Program-made: the position numbers and the translations under genes
NCBI RefSeq assembly: GCF_018350175.1
Contig: NC_058368.1
Coordinates: forward strand, 90,956,001 to 91,020,000
Direction of reading: 5' to 3'
DNA: 64,000 nt
From: Felis catus
Lineage: Eukaryota
In this document: positions 25,851 through 37,457 of the stretch, piece by piece
Position numbering within the stretch: position 1 is the stretch's first letter
Layout of the letters: each line of letters starts with the position of its first letter
Notes under the pieces: generated by a model
Database searches by the model: none
What the model was told of the DNA's origin: nothing
What the model saw: only the letters and a program-made list of their open reading frames with translations

Positions 25851-26931
25851 CTCAGGAGTGTGAAGGAGGCTGGCGATGGGATTTCCCTGCCTGTCATGCA
25901 CTTGTATAAGCTGTACATGGGGGATGGGAGAGAAGCCGCCAGGCCCGTGGCCCCTAACATTGGCCATCAGCCCCCCACTTGTCAACTTCCCACTTCCCCC
26001 ACATTTAAAACGAAATCCCAGGGAATCCTCCCTTCTGTCGGGACCTGTGGGTGTCTGTGTTTTGTTCTGAAGTTCACAGTAAATATTTTCATTGAGCGAT
26101 CTGCCAGTCTCTCCATTGTATCCTGCCATCTGGCCGCCGTGTGCTGGGAGCAGCAGTGAGGAGGTAACTCGGGGCTAGCTCCCCTTGCTTCAGCTGACTG
26201 CCCACAGAGAGGATGTTGGTGCCCTGGAGACTGTAGCTGGTCTCTGGGACCTGCCCTGAATTGGCTGTGGACAGGAACTCACCAGAGCAGGATGCTTTCA
26301 GCTCCTGGACCCTGGGGACCTGATTGCTGCATCCTTGGAGGTAGATGGGCTTCAGGAGCCAGCAGGAGGGTAGTGTGGGGGAAGCCGGCAAGTGTGGAGG
26401 AGCCTAGGCTGTTTGGCTGGTGTGAGCATACAGAGCTGGGAACGGGGCGTTTGGTGCCCTCTGCATGAAGGCTGCAAATGGCAGGTGACTCGTGCTGGGG
26501 CCGGGGAGTGTTTGTAGCAGGAGAGCCAGACTGGTGTTCTTGCTTTGGTCTAGTGCTGCTGTAGGGAGCCTGGGAGGGGCTCAGAGCTCCTGATCACTCA
26601 GCATGGCCCTGCTGGTCTGGGCCCAGCCTCAGTGGCCTCAAAACCTCTGCTGGGGCCACTGTGACATCAGGCAGGTCCCTCACTTCCCAAGGACATGTAT
26701 CTGTGTGAGTGAACCAGAGCTTGGCCCCTTTCTCTTGACCACATACCTTAAATCCACTGTGGACTTTCTCTGTCCCCACTGAGCTTCCTCCAAAAGTAGG
26801 AGGTAGACCAGAGTGGCACCATCTGATGCTAATAGAGGGATATGGCTACAAAATCAAACGATGGTGTCTAGCTTACTTAGGACAGTGCATGTCTCAGGGG
26901 CGTGAAGGAGGCTGGCGATGGGATTTCCCTG
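25851..26931 (+). repeat. 39-bp direct repeat pair (25851-25889 and 26893-26931)
   Basis: ctcagg(a/g)g(t/c)gtgaaggaggctggcgatgggatttccctg, 37/39 identical. Confidence 0.9.
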
Positions 26932-26954
26932 TGTGTGTGGGGGCGGGGATGGTG

Positions 26955-27340
26955 CCTTTTAGGATTCTTCTGGCTACAAGAGACAGAAATCCAAATGAAT
27001 TGACTCAGAGCTGGCTTCAGGCACGGCTGGTATCACCTGTTCTCTTCATTTCTCAGCTCTGCTTCTTGCGGGAGGAGAAGGTGCCCAACAGCCCCCGGCT
27101 CACACTTTACCTGCTGAGCAATCACAGCAGACAGCAGAGATGGTATCTCCCTGTATGCCCCAGCAGATGCTTGGCATCAGGGTTCATTGGCTTGCCTGGG
27201 CCATGTGGGTGCCCTGGGGTAGGGGCTCCATGGCTTTGGCTCCCCCTGAGCTATGTGGTCCAGGAGTGGCGAGGGTGGTTCATCAAAGGAAAATCAAGGA
27301 GCAGTACCTGAAGAAGAAAGAAGCAGGTGGCCATGTGATA
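26955..27340. mobile_element. Degenerate MaLR LTR (MLT1K/L-like)
   Basis: ttaggattcttctggctacaagagacagaaatccaa start and ttcatcaaaggaaaatcaagg end motifs. Confidence 0.5.
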
Positions 27341-27689
27341 CAACTCCGGGTAGGTCTGTAACCTCCAGTGGGGCAGGTGGGTGCTGGGCAGGCCAGGATA
27401 TTCCCTGTGCACCACCGAGGAGCATCTGTCACCCTGTACCCTGGGAGGGCATGCTCTGGGGATGGTCCCAGACAGAGAAGCTACGGGAAATTTCTTTTCC
27501 CTTCTCCAGAGTTCCCATCCCTGACCTGAAGCTCTGGAAAGGTAAGAGGGCCTGGGACTCGAGGCAATTTATGGACCTTCCAGCTCTTGTGTCTGAAAGT
27601 CCTTACAGCTGTTACAGATGCAGCCCTGATGAACAAGCATAGAGGGGCTGGCCCAGCCCCAGGCCCCCCACCCCGCACCTCCCCTCTAC

Positions 27690-28030
27690 CTCGAGTCGTA
27701 AAAACACGACATCAGATGAGCTGTGGCTGCCGGCATTGCAAAAATTAATTCCGATTTGGTCATAAAGTTATAACGGGCTGGGATGAAATAATCCTAATGA
27801 GCTTCTTTTAATAAAGCTCACCAGTGGGGCCCCGTGCTGATGGCCCCCTTGGGGCTGAGCCTGCTTTCTGCTTCCCAGAGCCTCCAAAGAGCCTGCCTGC
27901 TTCCAAACAGGGCTTTCGCTGTGTCCTGATTATGCTTCTCCATAAACATATTTTATCTTAATGATCATCTTTAGGGGAATTTGCAGTCACGGAGGGCTTG
28001 TCTCAACGTTGTTAACAAATGGAGGGGATG
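27690..28030. promoter_or_regulatory. Candidate posterior-HOX/CDX-site enhancer
   Basis: GTCGTAAAA, GGTCATAAA, TTTTAATAAA and CCATAAA within 260 bp. Function not demonstrated. Confidence 0.4.
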
Positions 28031-28759
28031 ACTTTCTTGCAGATGACCTCCCCCGGGGTGGGAGTTCCAGTGTGCTCCTCGAGACCCCAGGCTGCTGGTG
28101 CCTAGGACTCTGGTCCACTCACGGTGGGGTCTGGTGGTGTTTGCAGCAGGAAGGCTGGGCTGGTGCTCTGGTCTTGACCTGGCTCTGTATGTGTCACTCT
28201 CCCCTTATTGGGAGCACTGCCTGTTACCCTGCTCTGCAGGAAGGTTGTAGGGATTTCAGCTTCAGGGACTCCTGAGCACTGGGGAAGGGAGACCAGTTGG
28301 TTCGCATCCACATGCTTGAAAGCTGGGCAGCAGCAGGGCCCCCAGGGAGCACGCCCAGCCACCCAGGTGCTTGCCCAGCAGAGGCTGGGGCAGTTCAGGG
28401 GGCAGGGAGAGGGGAACCTGGAAAGCACACTGGCCTTGGAGTCCAGGGCCTACCCAGCACAGAGACCATTAAGCTGAATTTTCTTCTAGCAGTTTTGTGA
28501 TTTCAGTTTCATCGTCCCGGGCCACCAGTCCACCGGGAGTTTGCTTTTGTTTACCATCCGAGGTCAGGGTTTGATCTTTTCCTCCATCTATAACCAGTTG
28601 TCCCAGCGTCATTAAAAAGAGAAACCACTTCTCTCCGAAACCAGCTTGCTCCCCTCTCCTCTTCCCCTGCAGTGAGCGACCATTCTAAGGTGCTCAAAGG
28701 GTATCCTTTGGTCAGTGTATTATTTTTTTAGTTTTTTTTTTAAAGTTTATTTATTTGTA

Positions 28760-28970
28760 TTATTTTTTAAAATGTTTATTTACTTTTGAGATAGAGAGAC
28801 AGAGCGTGATCAGGGGAGGGGCAGAGAGAGAGGGAGACACAGGATCCAAAGCAGGCTCCAGGCTCTGAACTGTCAGCACAGAGCCCAATATGGGGCTCAG
28901 ACTCACAAACCGTGAGATCATTACCTGAGCTAAAGTTGGATGCTGAACCTACTGAACCACCCAAGTGCCC
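28760..28970 (-). mobile_element. CAN-SINE inserted in the tail of the adjacent SINE
   Basis: Flanked by ttta(a)agtttatttattt on both sides. Confidence 0.88.
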
Positions 28971-28971
28971 T

Positions 28972-28992
28972 TTAAGTTTATTTATTTATTTT

Positions 28993-29030
<38 letters not shown>

Positions 29031-29197
29031 TCACAAGCGGGGGAGGGGCAGAGAGAGAGAGGGAGAGAGAGAATCCCAAGCAGGCTCTGAGCTATGGGTG
29101 TGGTGCCGATGTGGGGCTCAAACCCATGAACTGTGAGATCATGACCTGAGCCGAAATCAAGACTCAGAGGCTTAACCAAGCCACCCAAACGGGCCCC
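28972..29197 (-). mobile_element. CAN-SINE (host of the nested SINE)
   Basis: Outer flanks gtcagtgt...tatttt at ~28711 and ~29199. Confidence 0.88.
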
Positions 29198-30499
29198 AGT
29201 CAGTGTCTATTTTTGCAAAATCAGTGTTGCTCCTTGCTTGGGTCTGTATGTGTCTAACTGGCATAAATGGTGCTGTGTTGTACAGCCCACCATGTCTCAC
29301 TTTCTGCACTCAGCCATGTTTCTGAGATCCATCTGTCCTGTATGTTGATGTCAAACCTCTAACATCCGTGTAGCACCGTGTGGGGTGCACCTGCCTCATT
29401 TTGCCCCTCCTCCTACCCTCTGATGACAGCCACGTTGTCTCCAACTCCCAGAAACCCGTCCAAGCAATGCTGCTGTGAACAGCTCTCAATTGCTTCCTTA
29501 AGGACTTGTGTGAGCATGCCTGTCTGCACACCTTGTCCAGGGCAGCGAAAAATGGCCCACAGGGGAAGGGTCGCTATATCCTGTCTTTACGCAGTGGACC
29601 CAAAAGTGACATTACTGGCCACCTGGTGCTCTTACACATAATTGACTGGTGCCAGGTTGCCAGAATGTCCACACCTGCTTCATGTTCACCATTTACCAAA
29701 CCCCTGCTTTCAAATTGCTACCCTGTCATTTACTAATTTCATTTACTGTTTTATTATCTGATGAGCTATTTACAGCTTACATATAAATGAATATCAGAAA
29801 TGATATTAAATTAATATTAAAACTGGAAGGCAAGCACACACGAGCTGTGCAAGGAGAGGGCAGCACTGCCCCCGCTGGACAGAGGCTCCAGGAGAGGGTG
29901 AGGAGAGCACTCTCCGGGACGTGGGCTGACTTCCCCTTTGCTGGGAGCTGACAAGGCCCCTTCTGGGGAAGTGGCAAGCAAGGTCACAAGGGAGTCTGGG
30001 GAAACACAGGGCTCTCCACAGCCGGGCGCCAGGCAAGGCTGAGGTGTGCACCAGGCACCAGACAGAAGTATGGTCAGAGGGAATGGCCTGCCCTGTACTT
30101 TCCACTTCCGAGCCCGCCATGGCCCTCTGGCTCTCAGGGAAAAGCTGAGAACTTCCAGGAGTGATACATGTGTCCTCAGCAGAGCACGAGGAGAGAGACC
30201 CTCAGCAGCACATGAATGAGAATCTGGGCCAAGCTCTCCTGGGTGTTCTGTCTTTGGGTTAAGAGGCTGGTCTAGTGGAAATGTGTGGGGGGCCTATGTC
30301 TTAGCGATGACCGTCTGTCTCTCGCGTCACACGGAGGCAAGACTGCTCAGCTGCCCTCCACATCTGGTGCAGAACTGCTGTCCCGGGATCACTTTTTACC
30401 ATCCTCCAAGGGATTCCCTCTTCACTTTTTTTATTGGGTCTCCTGCTCCCCCCATCTCCAGTCTTCCATTTTCTTGATTGCCCCTCTTGTTTTGAAGAA

Positions 30500-32080
30500 A
30501 TGTGACTTTCAGTAGCTTCTTGAGAAGAGGTGCTGGGCAGATAAAACTTTAGAGAGCTGACACGCCTGGAAATGTCTTTATTTCACTTTCATACTTGCTG
30601 GAGAATTTGTTTGGGTATAGACTTTTAGTTAGGAAGTAATCTTTCTTCGGACTTTGAAAGCTTTGCTCCATTGTTGTCCTGCTTTGAGTTCAGGGAAGAC
30701 TAAAGCCATTCTGATTCCAATCCTTTGTTCCCTCTTATGTATCTGCTTCCCCCAGTGCCCTCCTATGCCCTGTGAAAGTCTGTAGAATTTTCTCTGTGTT
30801 CTGAAATACCATGGTGATGTGCCATGGAGCAGTTCTGTTTTCATCTGTGTTTTGAGTACTAGCTGGGCCCTTTCAATCTGGCAAACACCTTCCCGTTGTG
30901 AGGAATTTTCTTGAATTATTTCATTAATTCTTTTCCTGTCTATTTTCCCTTTCCTCTCTTTATGAAGTTTCTATTGTATGGATGATACATCTCCAGTCTG
31001 GTCTTCTAATTTTCTTAACTTCCCCCTCCTGATTGTTCAAGTCTCTTTGTTTCATTGTTTTACTTGCTGGGGGATTTCTCAACTTTATCTCCCTAGTCTT
31101 TCCACTGAGTTTGTCATTTCTGCTGAAGTGGTTTTAATTTCAAAGGACCCTTTTTATTGTTCTCATCCTGTCCTTGTTCTCATACTATCCTTGTATATCT
31201 TCTCCTAGCTCTCAGAGGTTATTGATGATGGGCTGCCCCCACCTTCCTGTATCGTCTCTTTTTCCCCCACTTTCCTGTTGTTTGGTTGTCTGCCTCTTCT
31301 TGGTCTCCATCTGCCATGTCTGGAGTTTCCCCGGGAGAGCCAGTGATCCCTGGCTAGCTATTCATGTGTAACGTTGGGCAACAAAAGAAATGACTAGGAG
31401 CTTGAAACATGTAGGCAGGGGGAACTGCGGACAGTGATACTACCTTTTGGTCTTTGGTTGATCAGATTCTGTAGAGAAGACCCCTCCCAGTCTCCATCCT
31501 GAGGGGTAAAGGCCTGACCTCCAGAATACTGGGGTGAATTGTGGAAGGGAGTTAGTGCCTCAGCATTGATTTAGTCCTCCTGGTTTTAGTTTGGTGCCTA
31601 TGCTCTCAAATATACCTGGTGCCTGCAGCCCACAGACCCTTTTCCACCTTTCTGAGAGGGAACGAGCTTCCAGACCAATACCAGTGTTAGTTGTCAGGGC
31701 TGTCACAAGGGTACAGTATATGGGCAGAGCATTTGGCACTAGCCACCAACTGGTCCTGCTTATTTCAATCCTGTCTTCACTCCCACTCCCAGAAGTGCTT
31801 GGTGCCTTTGGTGGATTTTATGATGTAGACTAGAAGAGTCTCTTGGTTTTTCTCATTGCCAGCTTGGGATTCAACTTTCTCTGATATAGTAAGTCCATTA
31901 CTATGAGACCATCTGCTTTCCAGCCTCCAACAGTTCTGTTAGTTTTTCCTCTGCTGCTCTCTGTGTCCTTGTAGCCTTGTGATTTAAAAAAAAAAAATCA
32001 CTTTACTAAAGTTGTAATGGGATTCCAGGAAGGAGCTAAATTGGTTGTATATGTTCAATCTATTATTTTACCCAGAAGCC
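30500..32080 (-). mobile_element. HAL1/old L1 ORF1-like remnant
   Basis: IRMALVFPELKAGQQWSKAFKV (30629..30844-) resembles HAL1/L1 ORF1 C-terminal motif. Boundaries approximate. Confidence 0.55.
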
Positions 32081-32259
32081 CCTCATATGTCTGGATCTGT
32101 TTTTGGACTTTGTATTCGGTACCATTGATCTGTCTTTCATGACAGCAATGTCCCTATGTACTAATATTTTGTAATACTAAACATTAGCATATTAAACATA
32201 TAAAGAACAGAAACATATCTTGTAATATGTTCTGTTAATTTGAAAGGTAAGTACCCCTG

Positions 32260-32485
32260 AGGGACGCCTGGGTGGCTCAGTCAGTTAAGCAACTGACTGG
32301 CTCAGGTCATGATCTCACGGTTCATGGGTTCAACCCGTGTCGGGCTCTGTGCTGATGGCTCAGAGCCTGGATTCTGCTTCAGATTCTGTGTCTCCCTCTC
32401 TCTGCCCCTCCCTGTTGGTGCTCTGTCTGTCTGTCTCTCTCTCTCTCTCTCAAAAATGAATAAACATTAAAAAAAATTTTTTTTA
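32260..32485 (+). mobile_element. CAN-SINE
   Basis: TSD gtaagtacccc. Confidence 0.9.
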
Positions 32486-33946
32486 ATGTAAGTACCCCCC
32501 ACTACTATTATTTTTCAATAGTTTCAAGATTTTTCTGGCTTTTTTTCTCTTCTAGCCTTGCAGTTATATCTTATTTTGTTGGGTTTTAATAATTCTTTGA
32601 TGGAGATTGTGTTAAATTTGTAGATGGATTTGGAGGAGAATCAACTTGCCATCCAGGATAACATTGTTGTGTCTCCATTTATTGAGGTCTTCCTTTGTAT
32701 TTAGGGGGAGTTTCAGACTATATTTGACTACTCATTGTGTGGTCTTTATACATTCATTCCTTTTTATTCCTAGATATTTCGTAGGCTTTGTTGCTGTATT
32801 TGAGAAGCCCTTTTGCCCATTCTCTTTCTTAGCTAGAAAGAAAGGCACTGGCCTTTGTGTACATATTTTACATCAGATGAGAAGTATCTATTCCTTGTAG
32901 GCTTGGTAAAACTGTCCTATAAAACCCTCTAGGTTTTTCTTTGACTAGTTTTTCAGTTTTTCCTAAGGTTTATTCAGGTTTCCTAAACTGAGCCAATGAT
33001 TAGACTTTATATCCAATATCTAGTGTAGGCTTATTGAAACTGTATCTTTAATTTCTGGTGTTTGGGGTTTGAGGGCATTTCCTCTTCTTGTTTTCTTTGA
33101 TTTTCTCTCTGTGGTGGTGGCTATGGACATGACTTTTGAGTTTTTTTGCTGTCCTAATACATAGTCAGATTTGGAACGTGTTCCACGTGTGCTTGAAAGG
33201 GGCACGTTTTCTGGTTGTTTGGGCTTCAGCTAGGTTGTCTCAGTAATGCAGATCCCCAACAGCCCTACCTCATGTTAAACTAATCCATCTATTGTTTTCT
33301 GGAATAAATGTATAAAAATGCACATAGAACTGCAATTTGTCTATTTTTCCTTGGATCAGGTTGAAGCTTTGCTAGGTTTCATATCTTTTATATCTTCTCA
33401 ATGAACTGCTGATCAGTTTGTCCCGTTAATGCCTTGGGTTATATTTCATCTCATAAATACTGTTTTACTTTGCTTTTTTTGGTTGTTGTTGGCAATCACA
33501 TGGTCCCTCTATTGTTGTGCCATTCTTCTGAAGGCCCCTGGGTCATTTTATCTTAGCTGTGTCTTGGGTAAGCAGTGCATAGCTGGATTTTGTGCCAGCT
33601 CACTTTTGCTCCTGCTCCCCCAACCCAGCCCTGCTCCACCTGCCTCTTCTCCCAGCCCCACTGCTGGCCCCAAGCACCCTCCCATTGCCTCTCTGCCCTG
33701 ACTCCTTTCCTTCCCAGCCCTGCTGTGACTTGTAGGGCACTCAGAAAAGCGAGGCACCCAGGACCCATGGCTCCTGTCTTCCAGGGGGCCTCTCTCTGAG
33801 GCGGGAGAGGCCCTTAGGGCCCAGCAGATTCACAGATGAGATTGGAACCACAAATGGTGGTGTGTTTTATGAAAGAAGAAGACAAGATGCTGTCAGGGAG
33901 ACGTTGGGGGAGGGGAGAGCCTATTTTAATCAGGATGAAATAAGCC

Positions 33947-35248
33947 TAGTCCCCCTGAGGAGGTGACATTTCAGTTGACATGTGAAGGATGAGAAGGAGC
34001 AGGTCCAGTGAGAAATGAGGGGACAATCATTCCATGGATAGAGGACAACAGTCTTCTCTTGTCACTGAGAAGGGTCTTCTCAAGGCTCCGTGCACCCCAT
34101 CCCCCGTAGATGTGCAGCCAGCTCTGTGGGGGAGGCAGATGGGGACCAAACGTGTCCCTGAGGCCAGTGCTGGAGGGCCGTGGACCCCCTTCCCTGTGGG
34201 CCTTTTGGAGGACCCTTGCTGGACTTGATGGGGAGCTCCAACTCTGAGCTGGAGTAGCAGCAGCAGAGAGGGCATCCCAGGTGAAGAGGTCAGCGTGGCA
34301 AAGTCCTCCCTGTGGGATTTGCAAACCCCCAGGACAGCAAACACACAGGCGCCCTTGAACCTACAGAACCAGCATCTACCACACGATGCTTCTGAGCCCT
34401 TTGCAGACTCAGGACCCAGGGTCTCTCTTCTCCAGGTTAAACGTTTTTGTTTCTGCCAATTTCAGTTTCCCCAACTCATCCCTCAGTGCTGGCAAAGTAT
34501 GGGGACCGCTCCGGGGCGTGTTAACAACATTGGATCCCATGGCCCCGCGCTGGGCCCCAGCTCCTCCTGGGCTGAGTGGCTTGTCTAAGTCACTTAATCT
34601 TTCTGCTCCTGGGATTCCTTGATGCTAAACTGGGGACAGTAATGAGGACAGTGGGGAGCCTCCTTCTTGCAGTGGGGATCAGATGGCTGCTGGGGTGGCA
34701 GAGCTTTGTCCCTGTCCCCACCCTCAAATGCGGGGCTTGGTGCAGGCAGCACCCTGTGCTCCACGGGCTGTGGGTGAGCTCGGCCTCTGCGACCCACTAA
34801 TTCCCCTGGAGGGTGGGTGCTTTGGCATTCCCTGGATGCAATTCAGTTTCCCCTTCTCCCGTCCTGTCCCTGATTCTCTGAGGCATCCTGCCTGATCCCT
34901 TCTGGAGACTCTAAAACTGGGGACAGCTCTTGGAAGCTTCTTGCCTCGTCATCCTTTGCCTGAGACATGAGCAAAAAGAGCCCTAGCTGCCATGCAGAAG
35001 AAGGGTCCCCCCCAGCACAGGGAATGCCAGGAACCCAAATCCCCATTGTTAGGCACTAGAAAGATAGGGTCCTGCCACGGGTGCCTCCAGTCAGAGGAGC
35101 CTTGGCCTGCGGGGATCCTGGCTTCTTCTATCTACCGTAGAGCAGCCACCTGTGGGGACCAGCAACTTCTCGTGGGGAAATGCTGTGTACAGAGGGCAAC
35201 AGGAGCCAAGAGCAGGAGATGGGCAGCTCTGACAGCTTGTTATCCTGG
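33947..35248 (+). repeat. Left arm of 1.3 kb inverted duplication
   Basis: Reverse complement of 37458-38759 by manual alignment: about 18 substitutions in 1302 bp. Identical ORFs appear on opposite strands in the ORF track (e.g. 34295..34588+ and 38118..38411-). Confidence 0.97.
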
Positions 35249-37457
35249 CCTGGGATCTCAAGTCATCATGACACCAACAACCCAGGGTGTGGTATCTGGG
35301 CCCTGGTGCCCCTGTGGCTGAAGGTGGGGCTGAGAGCCCAGCTCCCCTGCAGCACCACCTGTCCACAAAGAGTCTTCCAGAATAATTCTCACTTGTCCCT
35401 AAAGCCTCTCATCTGCTGCCTCCTCCAGACAGGAGCAGGAACTCCCTCCACGTCACAGTGGTGCAGAGCAGATGCTGGAGGCGGGATAGGGACTCTGAAA
35501 GCAGCTCAGACTCAGGCGAGGCAGCCTGCCATCTGGTCCCGCCCGGCCACTCGGCCCTGTGCCTATGTCTCCTCTTCGGGGCTGACAAACAGGCCCCTGT
35601 GGTGTGCATCCCATCACTGTCCCCATCTCACAGATGGAAAGACTGATGGGACTCCCCCTGCACCTGCTGGCACAAGCCTGCCACCTGGCCACGGGACAGA
35701 CACCAAGCAGGGAAAGCAGAGGTGAAGGAGGTAAAGGAGATGAAGGAGAAGCAGAGAGGGGAGGGCTCTGACAGAACAGAGGACTAAGTCAGGCCAGGGC
35801 CAAGTTACTGCTTGCATTTCTGTCCCTCCTGGGGTTCTCATGTCCCCCTGTGCACCCTGACGCACACACGCACACATGGCAGATGCTGGCCAGGGGCCCC
35901 TACAGGGGTGGAGACAGGATGGGGAGGGCGGGCCTGCACGCAGTGCCCGTGCAGAGCTGATCATCCTGCTGGGCTGTCTGGGGATGATTCAGGGCCATCC
36001 TCACCGCTCCCAGAGGAGACACCAGCTACTTAAGTCTGACAGGGGATTTGAGGAATTGCTACTCTATTTTTACACATTTATTTCTTTGCATTTCCAACAA
36101 GCAGGGACAGCTCACCTTCAGAACCACCTTGGGAAGCAGAAAAATGGTAATTTCCATTAAAAAAAAAACCTCTTCCCTGGGGAAGAGGCTAGATGTTACC
36201 CTCTGCCCCTGTCAAGCCCAGGGTCACTGATGGGTGGTCCCTAGGTGAAACCAGCCATAGAGGTGCTTATTAGGGCCACATGACATTTTAAAAATAACTC
36301 ATTGGGCTGACAGTATTTCAGAATTGGGAGATTTTGTGTTAAAATCTAGAAGAGCCATCTTCTCTTGAGGAATTAGGACAGGGGGGTCACAGGTTGGGGG
36401 CAGGTGATGGGCAGGTAACACTGGGCTGTGGATCGACAGCCATGCCTGGAGGTGGGACACATGGGGCCCATGTCCCCAGGCCACCTGACCTGCTGCTGTC
36501 ACTGCCCTCCTGGCTCCTGAAGGCATCAGAGTGTGCCCCTGATCCTGGGAGTTGTCATGCAGTGACCCCTCCCAATGTTCCCCATGGGTGGGAGGGTTGA
36601 AGGGACTGCCTCTCGGCCAGAGCTGGCTGGGACACATCTAGTAGCCAGATCTGCCAGGCAAGCACCGTTTTTAGCGAAATTTATGTTTCAGGTCCATGAA
36701 GAACAGCAACCTTTTCTAAAGACACAACAGAAATGCCAATTTCACCTCAAGCATAATTATTACTGTTATAGTTATTACTTGGATCATGAGTACTTGGGGG
36801 ATGAGTTGGACGTTCTAGAATCCCTTCCCCCAAGCCCCAAGCCCTGTAGGGATGCCCCAAAACCAAAGGTCAAAGTGCCGATGGGGAGAAGCAGGTGACA
36901 TCCCTGCCTCTGGAAGCCTCAGCCCTGCTCAGACCTGGCAAGACCTACGGGAACACATCCCCAAGATCAGCAGGGTCTGCCAAGTCCCTAGGCCTAGGGC
37001 CACATGAGCACTGATAGGACCCAGAGGCCAGGCTGAAATCTCTTCCACTGTCAATCTTAGATGTCTCCTCAGTTTCCCTACAACGGGCTCTATCCTGAAG
37101 CCTGGGCCGTGCAGAGACCCCATCCTGGTTTCAGCAGACCTGTTGCTCAAGCCAAGTCCCACTGTAGGGATTTGTGGCCCCCTGAGGGACGAGTGGCAGG
37201 CTCCTGTCTGATCCTGGGTCAACTGCCTAGTAATCCCCCGACACCAACACTGGTCTTCCTGACCTGTCCCTGTGCACCGGGTTGCTTACCTGGTCTAAAG
37301 GCCTTTGCTCCTCCTGGTCCCTCAGGGTTGGAGGTGGGCTCCTGGCCACTCTCCCCTCCTCCCTTTGGAACTCCTGCATGCTTACAGCCCATGTATGAAG
37401 GCACAGTGACACAGAGCTCACCCAGCCCTTTGTTCCATCGGTCATTACTGGCTCAGA

